The position numbers and the translations under genes were made by a program. From positions 1 to 36,681 of the forward strand of contig CAYVYK010000016.1 of the NCBI GenBank assembly GCA_964455675.1: a DNA stretch of 36,681 nt. Reading direction: 5' to 3'. Each line of letters opens with the position of its first letter. Positions within the stretch are counted from its first letter, which is position 1. Under the pieces are notes generated by a model. That model had not been told where the DNA came from and made no database searches. It saw only the letters and a list, made by a program, of their open reading frames with translations. Source of the stretch: an uncultured Methanosarcinales archaeon. Its GTDB lineage: Archaea; Nanobdellota; Nanobdellia; Woesearchaeales; CAYVYK01. Below are positions 17,608 to 29,183 of the stretch, one piece after another.

Positions 17608-19971
17608 ATGAGTCCTACGGCTGTCCCAAAACCAGATACTGCATGCATCACTCAAGTACGTAAACGGGACGGACGCATCGTTCTTTTCGATCAACAAAAG
17701 ATCACCACAGCAATCTTCAAAGCAGCACAAGCGATTGGGGGAACGGATTACGAACTTGCCGAACGCCTCGGTGCGCAAGTCATCGAAGACATCTGCAGCA
17801 GATTTAAAGACAGCATCCCAACCGTAGAGCAAATTCAAGACTCGGTTGAAACTATCCTCATCAAAACTGGCCACGCCAAGACCGCAAAAGCGTTCATCCT
17901 CTACCGCCATGAGCGTACCATGATTCGGGAAGCCAAAAAGGAAATATTGGGCGGCCTTGTTGACACCTCGCATCTCAATCTCAATCAGTTACGAATCGCA
18001 GAAGCCAAATACCTCATGAGGGACGATAATGGTAAAGTTATCGAGACTCCCGACCAAATGTTCCGGCGAGTAGCAAACGCCCTAGCACAACCCGAGCGAG
18101 CGTACGGCGGCGAAGAGGCAGTCAAAAAAGCAGCTGAGACGTTTTACACCACGTTCAGCAAACTCGAATTCCTCCCAGGAGGAAGGACAATATCCAATGC
18201 TGGCATCGGGTGCAATCAGCTCGCTAACTGCTTTGTTCTTCCCGTTGGAGACAGCATGGAAGAAATATTCGACGCGGTTAAGTGGCAGGCACTCGTTCAG
18301 AAAACTGGAGGTGGAACAGGATTTGACTTCTCACGACTTCGCACCAAAGGATCACGTGTTGTCAAAAGCAATGGCGTCGCATCCGGGCCAGTGACATTCA
18401 TCACCGTTTTTGACGCCGCAACAAGCGTCATCATGCAAGGCAACAGGAGAGGAGCGAATATGGGTATCCTCCGGATAGACCACCCGGACGTGCTCGAATT
18501 CGTCACTATGAAAGATGACCTTACGAAACTTAACAATTTCAACATCTCCATATCTGTCACAAACACATTCATGGAAGCGCTCGAGAACGGAGAGGAATAC
18601 GACCTCGTCGATCCCCACACACACCAAGTCGTTAAACGACTCGATGCTCGCTATGTGTGGAGGCAGCTTTACGAACATGCATGGAAGACTGGAGAGCCAG
18701 GAATCATCTTCATCGACAGGATCAATGAGCGCAGCACCGTTCGACACCTTGGCGAAATACGCGCCACGAATCCCTGCGGCGAAGTCCCACTCCTCGACTT
18801 TGAAGTATGCAACCTCGGATCAGTCAATCTCAGCCTCTGCGTCAAGAATGGAACCGTCGACTTTGAACGCCTGCGACGTATCACGCGGACCGGCGTATGG
18901 ATGCTCGACAATGTCATCGATGCAGGAACCTATCCTCTTCCACAAATCACTGAAATGGCACAAAAGACACGACGAATCGGCCTTGGAGTCCTCGGATTTG
19001 CGGACATGCTCTACCAGCTCGGCATAGGATACAACACTGACGAAGGAGTGGAACTTGGAGAAAAAGTCATGGAATTCATCGAGCATGAAGCGCACAACAT
19101 GAGCCAAGAGCTCGCCGAAAAGAAAGGAGTCTTTCCCGCGTGGAAAGGAAGCACATTCGAGAAAGAGGGTATTCCAATGCGCAACTGCGCTGTCACTTCA
19201 ATAGCGCCAACAGGGACTCTCAGCATGCTCGGAGACACATCAGGAGGAATCGAACCAAACTTTGCCATCTGCTTCATTAAAAATTCGCATTCCCTCGGAC
19301 AGCAATTTGTGTACGTGAACAAATACTTCGAGAAAGTCGCCAAGGAACGCGGATTCTACACACCAGACCTCATGAAGAAGATCGCCGAGAAGGGAAGCCT
19401 CCATGGCATTATGGAAGTTCCCGAGGATGTCAAAGCAGTCTTCGTCACCGCACACGACATATCCCCTGTTGATCATATCAGAATGCAAGCAGCATTCCAA
19501 AAAAACGTTGACAACGCAATATCCAAAACGATCAATTTCGCGAACTATGCAGCCCCTGAGGATGTACAAAAAGGATACCTGCTTGCATGGAAGCTCGGCT
19601 GCAAGGGATGCACCGTCTACCGCGATGGATCGCGCCAAAACCAGGTGCTCAATATAAAAGAAGTCAACGTCCAAAGGGAACAGGTTGAAGAAGTTGCAGA
19701 GCAACCAGACGAAGTCCCACCAAAAAGCGTTGAAGTCATCTTCAAAACCGTGAGCGCAAAGGAAGAAAGCGTTCTTTCATCAAAACATATCGTGGCAATA
19801 CGCAGCAGTAAGCCAGCCGTCGAGACCATGTCTACGCTTGATGTGGAAGCGCTCACAAAAGAAGCACTCCTTGCAAACGCCGCGGCATTCGTGGAAGAAT
19901 CCGCCCAGAAGATGAGCAATCCCGCGAAGGTCTGTATCGACTGCGGCGTCAAGCTCGATGATCACCCATAG
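17608..19971 (+). CDS. nrdJ: Class II (adenosylcobalamin-dependent) ribonucleotide reductase with N-terminal ATP cone
   Basis: VRKRDGRIVLFD ATP cone, QLANCFV, GGGTGFDFS, RRGANMG, TNPCGE, CNLGS, IAPTGTLS, KGCTVYRDGSR. No NrdB nearby, and cobO is adjacent. Confidence 0.93.
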   Translation: MSPTAVPKPDTACITQVRKRDGRIVLFDQQKITTAIFKAAQAIGGTDYELAERLGAQVIEDICSRFKDSIPTVEQIQDSVETILIKTGHAKTAKAFILYRHERTMIREAKKEILGGLVDTSHLNLNQLRIAEAKYLMRDDNGKVIETPDQMFRRVANALAQPERAYGGEEAVKKAAETFYTTFSKLEFLPGGRTISNAGIGCNQLANCFVLPVGDSMEEIFDAVKWQALVQKTGGGTGFDFSRLRTKGSRVVKSNGVASGPVTFITVFDAATSVIMQGNRRGANMGILRIDHPDVLEFVTMKDDLTKLNNFNISISVTNTFMEALENGEEYDLVDPHTHQVVKRLDARYVWRQLYEHAWKTGEPGIIFIDRINERSTVRHLGEIRATNPCGEVPLLDFEVCNLGSVNLSLCVKNGTVDFERLRRITRTGVWMLDNVIDAGTYPLPQITEMAQKTRRIGLGVLGFADMLYQLGIGYNTDEGVELGEKVMEFIEHEAHNMSQELAEKKGVFPAWKGSTFEKEGIPMRNCAVTSIAPTGTLSMLGDTSGGIEPNFAICFIKNSHSLGQQFVYVNKYFEKVAKERGFYTPDLMKKIAEKGSLHGIMEVPEDVKAVFVTAHDISPVDHIRMQAAFQKNVDNAISKTINFANYAAPEDVQKGYLLAWKLGCKGCTVYRDGSRQNQVLNIKEVNVQREQVEEVAEQPDEVPPKSVEVIFKTVSAKEESVLSSKHIVAIRSSKPAVETMSTLDVEALTKEALLANAAAFVEESAQKMSNPAKVCIDCGVKLDDHP

Positions 19972-20007
19972 TTACTGCATCTCTATAGTCCAACGTCGAG
20001 GAGTCTC

Positions 20008-20544
20008 ATGAACGCATTACAACCTGGAGTTGTGCACGTCTATACTGGAGATGGGAAAGGAAAGACAACAGCGGCACTTGGGCTTGCGCTGCGCGCCTCA
20101 GGATATCATCTTCCCTGTTGCATGATCCAATTCATCAAAGGAACCTGGCGAACGGGAGAGATGGAATCAGCAAAGCTCCTACCTAATTTTGAACTTATCA
20201 CCCTTGGAAAAGGATTCGTCGGTATAGGAGGAGATACTCTTCCCAAGGAAGAGCACGCAAAGGCAGCGATGCATGCGCTCGAGGTTGCAGGCGACAAGAT
20301 TCGCGACCCCAAGCTCCATCTCCTCATCCTTGACGAAATCAATGTCGCCATACACCTTGGACTCATACCACTGCCTCTCGTGCTCAATCTTCTTGATAAA
20401 CGCCCTCATTCGCTCAATATGGTACTCACTGGCCGAAATGCACGAGCAGAAATCATGGCGAAGGCGGACCTTGTTACAGAAATGAAACTTATCAAACATT
20501 ACTTTGACAGGGGACTACCGGGACTGCGCGGCATCGAGTACTAA
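20008..20544 (+). CDS. cobO: Cob(I)alamin adenosyltransferase (CobO/BtuR family)
   Basis: YTGDGKGKTTAALG, QFIKG, ILDEIN, LTGRNA, ADLVTEM...KH, GIEY. Confidence 0.95.
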   Translation: MNALQPGVVHVYTGDGKGKTTAALGLALRASGYHLPCCMIQFIKGTWRTGEMESAKLLPNFELITLGKGFVGIGGDTLPKEEHAKAAMHALEVAGDKIRDPKLHLLILDEINVAIHLGLIPLPLVLNLLDKRPHSLNMVLTGRNARAEIMAKADLVTEMKLIKHYFDRGLPGLRGIEY

Positions 20545-20735
20545 CACATCCTTTTTGTTACGCGGCGGGCAACAGACTTAACGACAGGTTCTGCCTTCCT
20601 TGCCATGACCTTTACTTTCGATCGTTCCTTCCAGGCTTTCTTTGCCAGACGAACAGAAACCGCTGCAGTTTTCTTCACGACCTTCTTCGCTGCTTTCCTT
20701 GCAGCACGCTTGAGTAATTTTTTCACAATCCTCAT
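20541..20735 (-). CDS. Small, extremely Lys/Arg-rich basic protein
   Basis: 64 aa (KKLLKRAARKAAKKVVKK...). ATGA overlap with the upstream kinase stop and GAGGT SD. Confidence 0.65.
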   Translation of the reverse strand: MRIVKKLLKRAARKAAKKVVKKTAAVSVRLAKKAWKERSKVKVMARKAEPVVKSVARRVTKRMC

Positions 20736-22405
20736 ATGTCTGACCTCTCAACCTTTTTCTCATTGCGAATGGATTCCACGAGGAGAAACAACATAAAAAA
20801 AGCAACAAGAAGGAATACTGTTGACACTGCCGGGTACCCAAACCATCTCGGACCGAACGATGTGTCCGCAAGTAGGGCAGCTGCAAGAATGAGCGCGCCA
20901 ATGATCATGCCATACGCAAGGCGGTTACTCGAGCGATCAAGCTCGACACCGAGCCGGTGAATGTCCGTGTCCTTCACATCAATGCTGAACTTCCCAGCCT
21001 TGAAACCCTCAAGGACCTCATTCACGTTCCTAGGCATCTGCACCAATTCCTCCTTGATGCGAGAGGACTGCGTTAAAAATCCCCTGATCAGCTTGCGCGG
21101 AGCGTAGCGTTTATGCATCAAATGCCTCATATACGGCGTTGCCGCCTTCACAAAATCAAACTCCGGATCAAACTCGAGAGCCGTACCTTCCATTGTCACG
21201 AGAGCCTTGGCGAACAGGGTCAGGTCCGGCGGCATCACTACCTCATGCCGATAGGCAATGTCAAGGAACTTATGCATTAAGTGCGTGACATGATACTGAC
21301 CAAGCGAGCTACCATACCACTGCTCAAGCTCCTCGCGAACCTCGCGACGGAATTCATGAATGTTCGAAGACTTGGACTTAGAGCCCAACTCAAGAAGCGC
21401 ATCAACCGTGGCATCAGCATCACACTTCAGAATCGCGACAAACATCTTCATGCTCGAATGGCGCTCTTCGGCATCCATCCTTCCTACAATGCCAAAATCT
21501 AGGAACGCGATTCTATTATCCTTTGTTAAAAGGATGTTTCCCGGATGGAGGTCCGCATGGAAGAATCCATCCTCAAACACCTGTTTTAGGAGAGTAACCG
21601 CAACTGAATCAAGAGCACTTCGTATCCTTGACCTGTCAGCCCTACCTAGTTCCGAGAGTTTCTTTCCATCAACATACTGCATCGTGAGGACCTTCGCAGT
21701 CGTGAACTCCCAGTAGATCTTCGGGATGATAATCCTTGAATCGCCATGCACATTCCTTTTGAATATCTCTGCGTGGCGGCCCTCTTTCACGTAATCCAAT
21801 TCTATCGTCGAGTATCGCTCAAACTCATCAATAATCTTTGAGGGCGAGAACTTGTAAATCGTCATGCGACGGCGCTCCGCCAACCCCGCAAGATACCGCA
21901 TAATGTCGATATCACTCTGCATCATCTGCCGCACCCGAGGGCGCTGAACCTTGATGACGACCTCCTCACCATTCTTCAACTGAGCACGATGAACCTGACC
22001 AATTGATGCCGCAGCGAGGGGCTTCTTATCAAATCGCCTGAACAAACTATCAAGCGGTTTCTTGAGTTCGGACTCAATCTGCCGCTTCACCACATCAAAT
22101 GGCTCAGGGGGCACACGGTCCTGAAGCTTTTGCAATTCCAGCGACAACTGCACCGGGACAAGATCTGGACGGATGCTGAGCAGCTGACCAAGTTTGACAT
22201 ATGTACCACCAAGCTCCTCGAGCGCCATCCGTAAATTCTCATACGGATTCACTGGCTTTTTACGGCTTAGAAACATCCTTCTCAACGGATTGAGATACCC
22301 GTGAATGTCATGACGGTACAGCCAGTAATCAAATCCATGCCGTGACAGCACATTCACAACCCTACTTACCCTACTTAGATCGCTCGCCCAGTGTGTACGC
22401 TCCAC
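20732..22405 (-). CDS. AarF/ABC1/UbiB family atypical kinase
   Basis: LEELGGTYVKLGQLLSIRPD, LQDRVPP, PLAAASIGQVH, VIKVQRP, GFFHADLHPGN, LDFGIVG, two C-terminal TM helices. Confidence 0.93.
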   Translation of the reverse strand: MERTHWASDLSRVSRVVNVLSRHGFDYWLYRHDIHGYLNPLRRMFLSRKKPVNPYENLRMALEELGGTYVKLGQLLSIRPDLVPVQLSLELQKLQDRVPPEPFDVVKRQIESELKKPLDSLFRRFDKKPLAAASIGQVHRAQLKNGEEVVIKVQRPRVRQMMQSDIDIMRYLAGLAERRRMTIYKFSPSKIIDEFERYSTIELDYVKEGRHAEIFKRNVHGDSRIIIPKIYWEFTTAKVLTMQYVDGKKLSELGRADRSRIRSALDSVAVTLLKQVFEDGFFHADLHPGNILLTKDNRIAFLDFGIVGRMDAEERHSSMKMFVAILKCDADATVDALLELGSKSKSSNIHEFRREVREELEQWYGSSLGQYHVTHLMHKFLDIAYRHEVVMPPDLTLFAKALVTMEGTALEFDPEFDFVKAATPYMRHLMHKRYAPRKLIRGFLTQSSRIKEELVQMPRNVNEVLEGFKAGKFSIDVKDTDIHRLGVELDRSSNRLAYGMIIGALILAAALLADTSFGPRWFGYPAVSTVFLLVAFFMLFLLVESIRNEKKVERSDI

Positions 22406-22450
22406 AGAAAAAAATCAGGCATCTTGATATATAAATATTTGGAGAAGACA

Positions 22451-23080
22451 TTACGCGACAGCAGCGGGGGCAGGAGTCGGTTCAGGCGCAACAGGCTGTT
22501 TCTTTGATTCCATCCGCTTAATCGCACGAATCTCAATAATCACCATTGGGTGGATCTTTGACATCTCTGCACGAATCGAAGACTGAAGCTTACCGGTAAT
22601 AATGTCCCTCACGACGTCTTCAAATGGCGCGCTCTGGACCATTTTTGAGAATGATGCCAGCAATTTCTTGCGAAGACTCTTGACAACAGATGACGTCGTT
22701 ACACCTCTTGTGAGAGCGAGGGGCTTAAACCGTGCTCGCACGCCGTCCTTTGTTTCAAGAACGACGGACTCATCCATGCGAGTCTTTCCACGCCTGACAA
22801 GGCGGCGCACTTGAGAGGGAAGCATCACATACTCTGATATCTCCGTAATCGTCTTTGATTCATCAACACCGACAATACGGAACGACATCCTAAAGCTTTG
22901 CTTCTTTGGATCATTTGTCAAGAACATCATGTTCACTGCGAGTGATTTACCGATCAACTCTTCAGGCTCATACGCTGGAATCTCTCCAAGCATAGTCTCA
23001 TCAAAGAGTTTGGGCGCACTAATCTGGAACCAGCGCTTCTTCCTTGTTTTGATCGCAGCTTTACTCTGCTTTTTTGCCAT
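22451..23080 (-). CDS. rps3ae: 30S ribosomal protein eS1 (S3Ae)
   Basis: KKRWFQISAPKLF...LGE, RRLVRRGKTRMD, TKDG, KIHP..IEIR. Confidence 0.9.
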   Translation of the reverse strand: MAKKQSKAAIKTRKKRWFQISAPKLFDETMLGEIPAYEPEELIGKSLAVNMMFLTNDPKKQSFRMSFRIVGVDESKTITEISEYVMLPSQVRRLVRRGKTRMDESVVLETKDGVRARFKPLALTRGVTTSSVVKSLRKKLLASFSKMVQSAPFEDVVRDIITGKLQSSIRAEMSKIHPMVIIEIRAIKRMESKKQPVAPEPTPAPAAVA

Positions 23081-23118
23081 GCCGCAAAGGAACTGTGGAC
23101 CATTTATAAAGGTTGTGC

Positions 23119-24393
23119 TCAGTCCTTCAGACTCAGCCGTACTGACTTCAGATAGAGCGCAGGGCCATGGCTCAATGCATGCTGGAACATATCCTCATTC
23201 CTGCTCAGGCGGCGTCTACAGTACCTAATCGCGGATTGCCTTCCCGCGGGGCCCTCACGCGCCCAGGGAACATACCTTCTTACGATTACCCCTGCATCCA
23301 TAAGACGATTGACATGATCCATATCCTCACTTTCAAACATCTGGAACGCGGTCAGCTGGTCGGCGTATATGACATCATTATAATACGAGCCATTCGCAAG
23401 ACTCCTTTGGAGTCTGTCACGACCAGGAACCCCCTCCAGCATCTGAATCTCAAACTGCGTCGGAGCGATATGCTGAGCCACAACGATATCCCTCATGAAC
23501 CGATGGATATAGTCGACGTCGTGCGTCGCAAACTTCAGATACACGCCGCCCCGGAGCAACTGCTCACCTTGAACAAGCAGGCGTTCCTTCATCTCGACAT
23601 TGCCCTCCTTTGTCGGCGGAATCACGCCAGGAGCGCCGCGTTCTTCGTAAATCCCCTTGCAGAGTCGAACGGCAACAGGGTAATTCTTCGCAAGATCTAT
23701 GATTCGCGGAACGTCACGCTCCCCCGTGCGATCGAGGCGGGTTTGCAGAGCGACTGCAAGATTTTCCAGACCTTCATCAAGAAGCCGCGCGTACACATCA
23801 AGAGTCCAATCAGTCCAGTGCAAATCCTCCATGTCAATCTCGAGCATGAGGCCAGCATCATCAGCCTGCCGTGCGACATTCCTGATGCAATTATAGCAAG
23901 CTTCAGAATACCCCTCAGGCCAGTCAAGGGAAGGCCCAACGCGAATGCCAACAGAGGAAGGCTTAATCGACACTGAAGGACGGATCCTTGGATCCTTATT
24001 CATTGGCTGCAAGACGCCATCATACATCTCATGGTTCAGCCTTGTAATAGTCTCAGCCATAGTATCCATGTTACGATCAGCCTGAAACCTCATCGTTTTC
24101 ATTGATGTTGCACTAGCGTCGCCAACAAGACCCTCGCCCAGAAGATCAACGGTCGCTGTCACACCCCACTTGTCAAAATTCCCTGCGACCCTGTCAACTA
24201 AGGCATCAAGACCCTGACCAGAAACATACGGACGGGAAAGAAACCATACGGCATCATCACTAATCCCAGCCCGTTCATCCAGAAATCGTTCCTTGTCGAT
24301 CGTCCAATGTCCATTCAGCTTGGTACGGCACTGCAACGCTTTCTGCACGATTTCGCTTGTAAGACCGATGATACTGCCAAATTTGCCAGTCAC
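23119..24393 (-). CDS. Proline dehydrogenase family flavoprotein (divergent)
   Basis: YVSG, TVDLLGE, SIKPS, IDMED, VRLCKGIY, FATHD, FEIQML, YVPW, RRL. Start uncertain: GTG 24393 chosen, ORF is open to 24534. Confidence 0.8.
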   Translation of the reverse strand: MTGKFGSIIGLTSEIVQKALQCRTKLNGHWTIDKERFLDERAGISDDAVWFLSRPYVSGQGLDALVDRVAGNFDKWGVTATVDLLGEGLVGDASATSMKTMRFQADRNMDTMAETITRLNHEMYDGVLQPMNKDPRIRPSVSIKPSSVGIRVGPSLDWPEGYSEACYNCIRNVARQADDAGLMLEIDMEDLHWTDWTLDVYARLLDEGLENLAVALQTRLDRTGERDVPRIIDLAKNYPVAVRLCKGIYEERGAPGVIPPTKEGNVEMKERLLVQGEQLLRGGVYLKFATHDVDYIHRFMRDIVVAQHIAPTQFEIQMLEGVPGRDRLQRSLANGSYYNDVIYADQLTAFQMFESEDMDHVNRLMDAGVIVRRYVPWAREGPAGRQSAIRYCRRRLSRNEDMFQHALSHGPALYLKSVRLSLKD

Positions 24394-24442
24394 GACAATC
24401 CCCGCCCACCTCTTTTTTAGTGGGTGTAATCCTCGAGTAGAT

Positions 24443-25039
24443 TTAAAGCTTGGGATTTTGGCAGTATTCCACGAACCAGTCGGCAAACTGCGTTGAGAAT
24501 GAATCCCTTGCTCTCTCCTGCCTGAAGCCAGCATATTCCGTAGGAGTCATTTCTGCAAGAGTCTTCGAATAACCAGCTGGAATGAAAACGAGATGCAGTC
24601 TTGACCAGGAATCCTGACGAAGGGTGCCGCGCCTCCCCTCTGCAAGCAATCCCTGCACACACGACTCAAAATACACCGGCTCTTTGCGCTGACCATCAAG
24701 GTACGCAAGACAATTCCTAAACTCACAATCCCTTGGCCTGCCCTCCGTCAGCTTCAGTAGCCCTTCAAGATCAATCGTGCCAAGCGCGAAGTTCACGAAA
24801 GACTTGGGAAAACCCCCGAGCGCATGAATGTAGAAACCAGCATCCATCGCAACCGTCGGCATACGGGTGTGCTGATATGCATGTCTCACCTTCTCGCAGG
24901 CAATGAGCCGCAGATCATCAGACCTTGGCTCAGGCAGTTCGATATTTACATGCACCACCTCTATACCATGGGGCATAAGAGCGTCACGCAGAGTCTTCAC
25001 TTTCCCCTTGTTCGTCGTGGCAAAGTACACCTCTGGCAT
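24443..25039 (-). CDS. Non-canonical purine NTP pyrophosphatase (HAM1/RdgB/ITPase family), divergent
   Basis: YFATTNKGK, ELPE, IACEK, MDAGFYIHALGGFP, FIP.G..KTLAEM. Confidence 0.88.
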   Translation of the reverse strand: MPEVYFATTNKGKVKTLRDALMPHGIEVVHVNIELPEPRSDDLRLIACEKVRHAYQHTRMPTVAMDAGFYIHALGGFPKSFVNFALGTIDLEGLLKLTEGRPRDCEFRNCLAYLDGQRKEPVYFESCVQGLLAEGRRGTLRQDSWSRLHLVFIPAGYSKTLAEMTPTEYAGFRQERARDSFSTQFADWFVEYCQNPKL

Positions 25040-25077
25040 GGAACAGGAAAATGCCGAGATCCATATAAAACTCGCGG

Positions 25078-26988
<1,911 letters not shown>

Positions 26989-27170
26989 TCACACAACCAT
27001 TTCATATGAACGAAAGCGGGTACCCTTTAAATACCTTTCTGTTGAAAAATGCGTTTATATGGTCTATAAAGCATGAATTCTGCACTTTTAGGCTCGACGG
27101 GAAAATCATATCCTTTCACATGATGGAGATCTCGAAACGTTGAAATATCCCAGAATGTTTCCCCCCATCC

Positions 27171-27608
27171 ATGGAAGAAATCAAGGGGGTCACGCCAAAA
27201 CTCCACGTGTTTGTCTGCACAAATGACCGGACACGAATACCTGGCAATACCATGCCAAGCTGCGGACCCGCGATCACGTTTGAAGAAGTCAATGAAGTAA
27301 AAAAGTGGATCGCAGAATCGGGGCTTGTTCATGCCGTATACTGCACACACGCAAAATGTCTTGGGTACTGTAACTCAACAGGAGGAGTGGTCTGCATATA
27401 CCCAGCCGGGCGATTCTTCCGCGGCGTAAAAAATGCAGAGGAAATCAAAAGCATCATTCAAGATGAATTAGAAAAAATCAATCACGGACCCGCTCAAAAC
27501 AATCCGACCTTGCGAGCGCGAGTTCCTGATCCTTCCTTGCCCTCTCAGAGCCCATCCACCAAGGATAACCCGAATGCTCTGGAATCTCCTCACAAAATTC
27601 TCTACTGA
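27171..27608 (+). CDS. Thioredoxin-like [2Fe-2S] ferredoxin with a probable read-through tail
   Basis: HVFVCTN..R...SC, KCLGYC..GGVVCIYP.G.FF.GV. Confidence 0.82.
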   Translation: MEEIKGVTPKLHVFVCTNDRTRIPGNTMPSCGPAITFEEVNEVKKWIAESGLVHAVYCTHAKCLGYCNSTGGVVCIYPAGRFFRGVKNAEEIKSIIQDELEKINHGPAQNNPTLRARVPDPSLPSQSPSTKDNPNALESPHKILY

Positions 27609-27861
27609 GCGACTCATTCCGTATCTCCTTGAGGATCATCGTCGTCATGTAACAGACATTATGAGCGTATGTCATCTTATCGCACTCACCAATCCCTTCC
27701 TCGTATTCACCCATATTAATGAGCTTCAAACTTGCACCGAGCAGCATAGTATTCCTTCGATATTCCACATACTGAAGAAGAAAGTATCCAACTCCAAACA
27801 CAAGAAGTGCAATCAATACAATCTTAACTGCCCAGTGTACCATACACTCACTCTTTCTCAT
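27478..27861 (-). CDS. Membrane-anchored hypothetical protein with Cys pairs
   Basis: N-terminal TM helix and a C..M...VCY...C..I...DC pattern. Start may be the downstream Met (MVHWAVK). Confidence 0.65.
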   Translation of the reverse strand: MRKSECMVHWAVKIVLIALLVFGVGYFLLQYVEYRRNTMLLGASLKLINMGEYEEGIGECDKMTYAHNVCYMTTMILKEIRNESLSREFCEEIPEHSGYPWWMGSERARKDQELALARSDCFERVRD

Positions 27862-27923
27862 CCGCAGATATTAATCTTTCGTGACAGGCACTTTTTTTAA
27901 GGACTGACTGTTTCCTCTTTGCC

Positions 27924-29183
27924 ATGGCAGGAATCCATTTCATCACACAAGGGTGCTCGGCAAACACCGCCGACACGGAGATCATGCAAGGGCTCCTACA
28001 GGATGCTGGGCATCAGATTGTTCCTGATGAGAGGCATGCCGACATCATCGTATTCAACTCGTGTACCGTCAAGGGACCAACGGAATGCTTCTTTCGCAAA
28101 AAACTTGCGGAACTTTCTGGACGAAAAGTGGTACTTGCAGGATGCATTCCCCAAGCGCAAACAACGTTAGGAGACCTTGCAAAGTACCCAATTATTGGCA
28201 CGTATGACATTGAAAAGATAACCATGGTTGTTGACGCGGCACTTGAGGGGAGGATTATCCATGCGCTCTCGCGCGAGAGGGGGAGAAGGCTAAACCTTCC
28301 GAAAGTCCGCAAGAATCCACTCATCGAAATCGTGCCGATCGCGCAAGGATGCCTCGGGCACTGCACGTACTGCAAGACAAAAATTGCGCGCGGAGGAATC
28401 ACTAGCTATAGGCCAACAGACATCATCACGCAGGTAGGGCGCGCGATAGAGGAAGGAGCAAAGGAAATCTGGATCACATCCCAAGACAACGGGGCGTATG
28501 GAAAAGATATTGGCATCACTCTGTCACACCTACTCTCCCGCATTTTGGAAACACCCGGAGAGTATCATGTACGCCTCGGCATGGCAAACCCTGACCATGT
28601 TCTCACGGAGCTTGATGAGCTCATCACACTGTTCAAGCATCCTCGAATGTTCAAGTTCCTTCACATCCCCGTCCAAAGCGGAAGCAACAAGGTCCTTCGC
28701 GACATGGAACGACCCTACACTGCTGAAGCTTACCTTACCATTGTCGAAAAATTCCGCGCGGCGATCCCTGACATCAGCATCGCAACCGACATCATCTGTG
28801 GATATCCCACGGAAACCGAAAAGGATTTTCACGAGACACTCGCAGTCATGGAACAGAGCAAGCCAGATATCGTCAATATATCACGGTTCTGGCCGCGACC
28901 AGGAACAGCCGCCGCAAACATACGCCCACTTCATGGGGAAGAGGTCAAGCGGCGCGGACAAGAAGCAACCATGCTCTTCAAACGCATCGCACTTCTGAAC
29001 AACAAGCGCTGGATCGGATGGAAAGGAGACATCCTCATCACCGAGCACGGGAAATTTGGGACGAGCATTGGAAAAAATTATGCGTACAGACAAGTCATCC
29101 TGAAAGGAGACATCCCCTTTGGAATTGTCAAGGCGGAAATCACGGACGCATCAGCGTTTGACCTTCGCGGGCGCGTCTGTTAG
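27924..29183 (+). CDS. mtaB: Radical SAM tRNA methylthiotransferase (archaeal MtaB/CDKAL1-like)
   Basis: TQGCSAN, NSCTVK, GC (UPF0004), GCLGHCTYC radical SAM motif, LHIPVQSGS, TDIICGYPTE, RPGT, TRAM-like end. Confidence 0.88.
   Translation: MAGIHFITQGCSANTADTEIMQGLLQDAGHQIVPDERHADIIVFNSCTVKGPTECFFRKKLAELSGRKVVLAGCIPQAQTTLGDLAKYPIIGTYDIEKITMVVDAALEGRIIHALSRERGRRLNLPKVRKNPLIEIVPIAQGCLGHCTYCKTKIARGGITSYRPTDIITQVGRAIEEGAKEIWITSQDNGAYGKDIGITLSHLLSRILETPGEYHVRLGMANPDHVLTELDELITLFKHPRMFKFLHIPVQSGSNKVLRDMERPYTAEAYLTIVEKFRAAIPDISIATDIICGYPTETEKDFHETLAVMEQSKPDIVNISRFWPRPGTAAANIRPLHGEEVKRRGQEATMLFKRIALLNNKRWIGWKGDILITEHGKFGTSIGKNYAYRQVILKGDIPFGIVKAEITDASAFDLRGRVC

Noticed and set aside
23167..23976. 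269-aa plus-strand ORF and other long antisense ORFs (e.g. 3992-4672, 1042-1572)
   Set aside because: They lie entirely antisense to well-supported genes and have no motifs.
27001..27010. TTCATATGAA palindrome near the gyrB TSS
   Set aside because: Only 10 bp, AT-rich and single copy; not distinguishable from chance.
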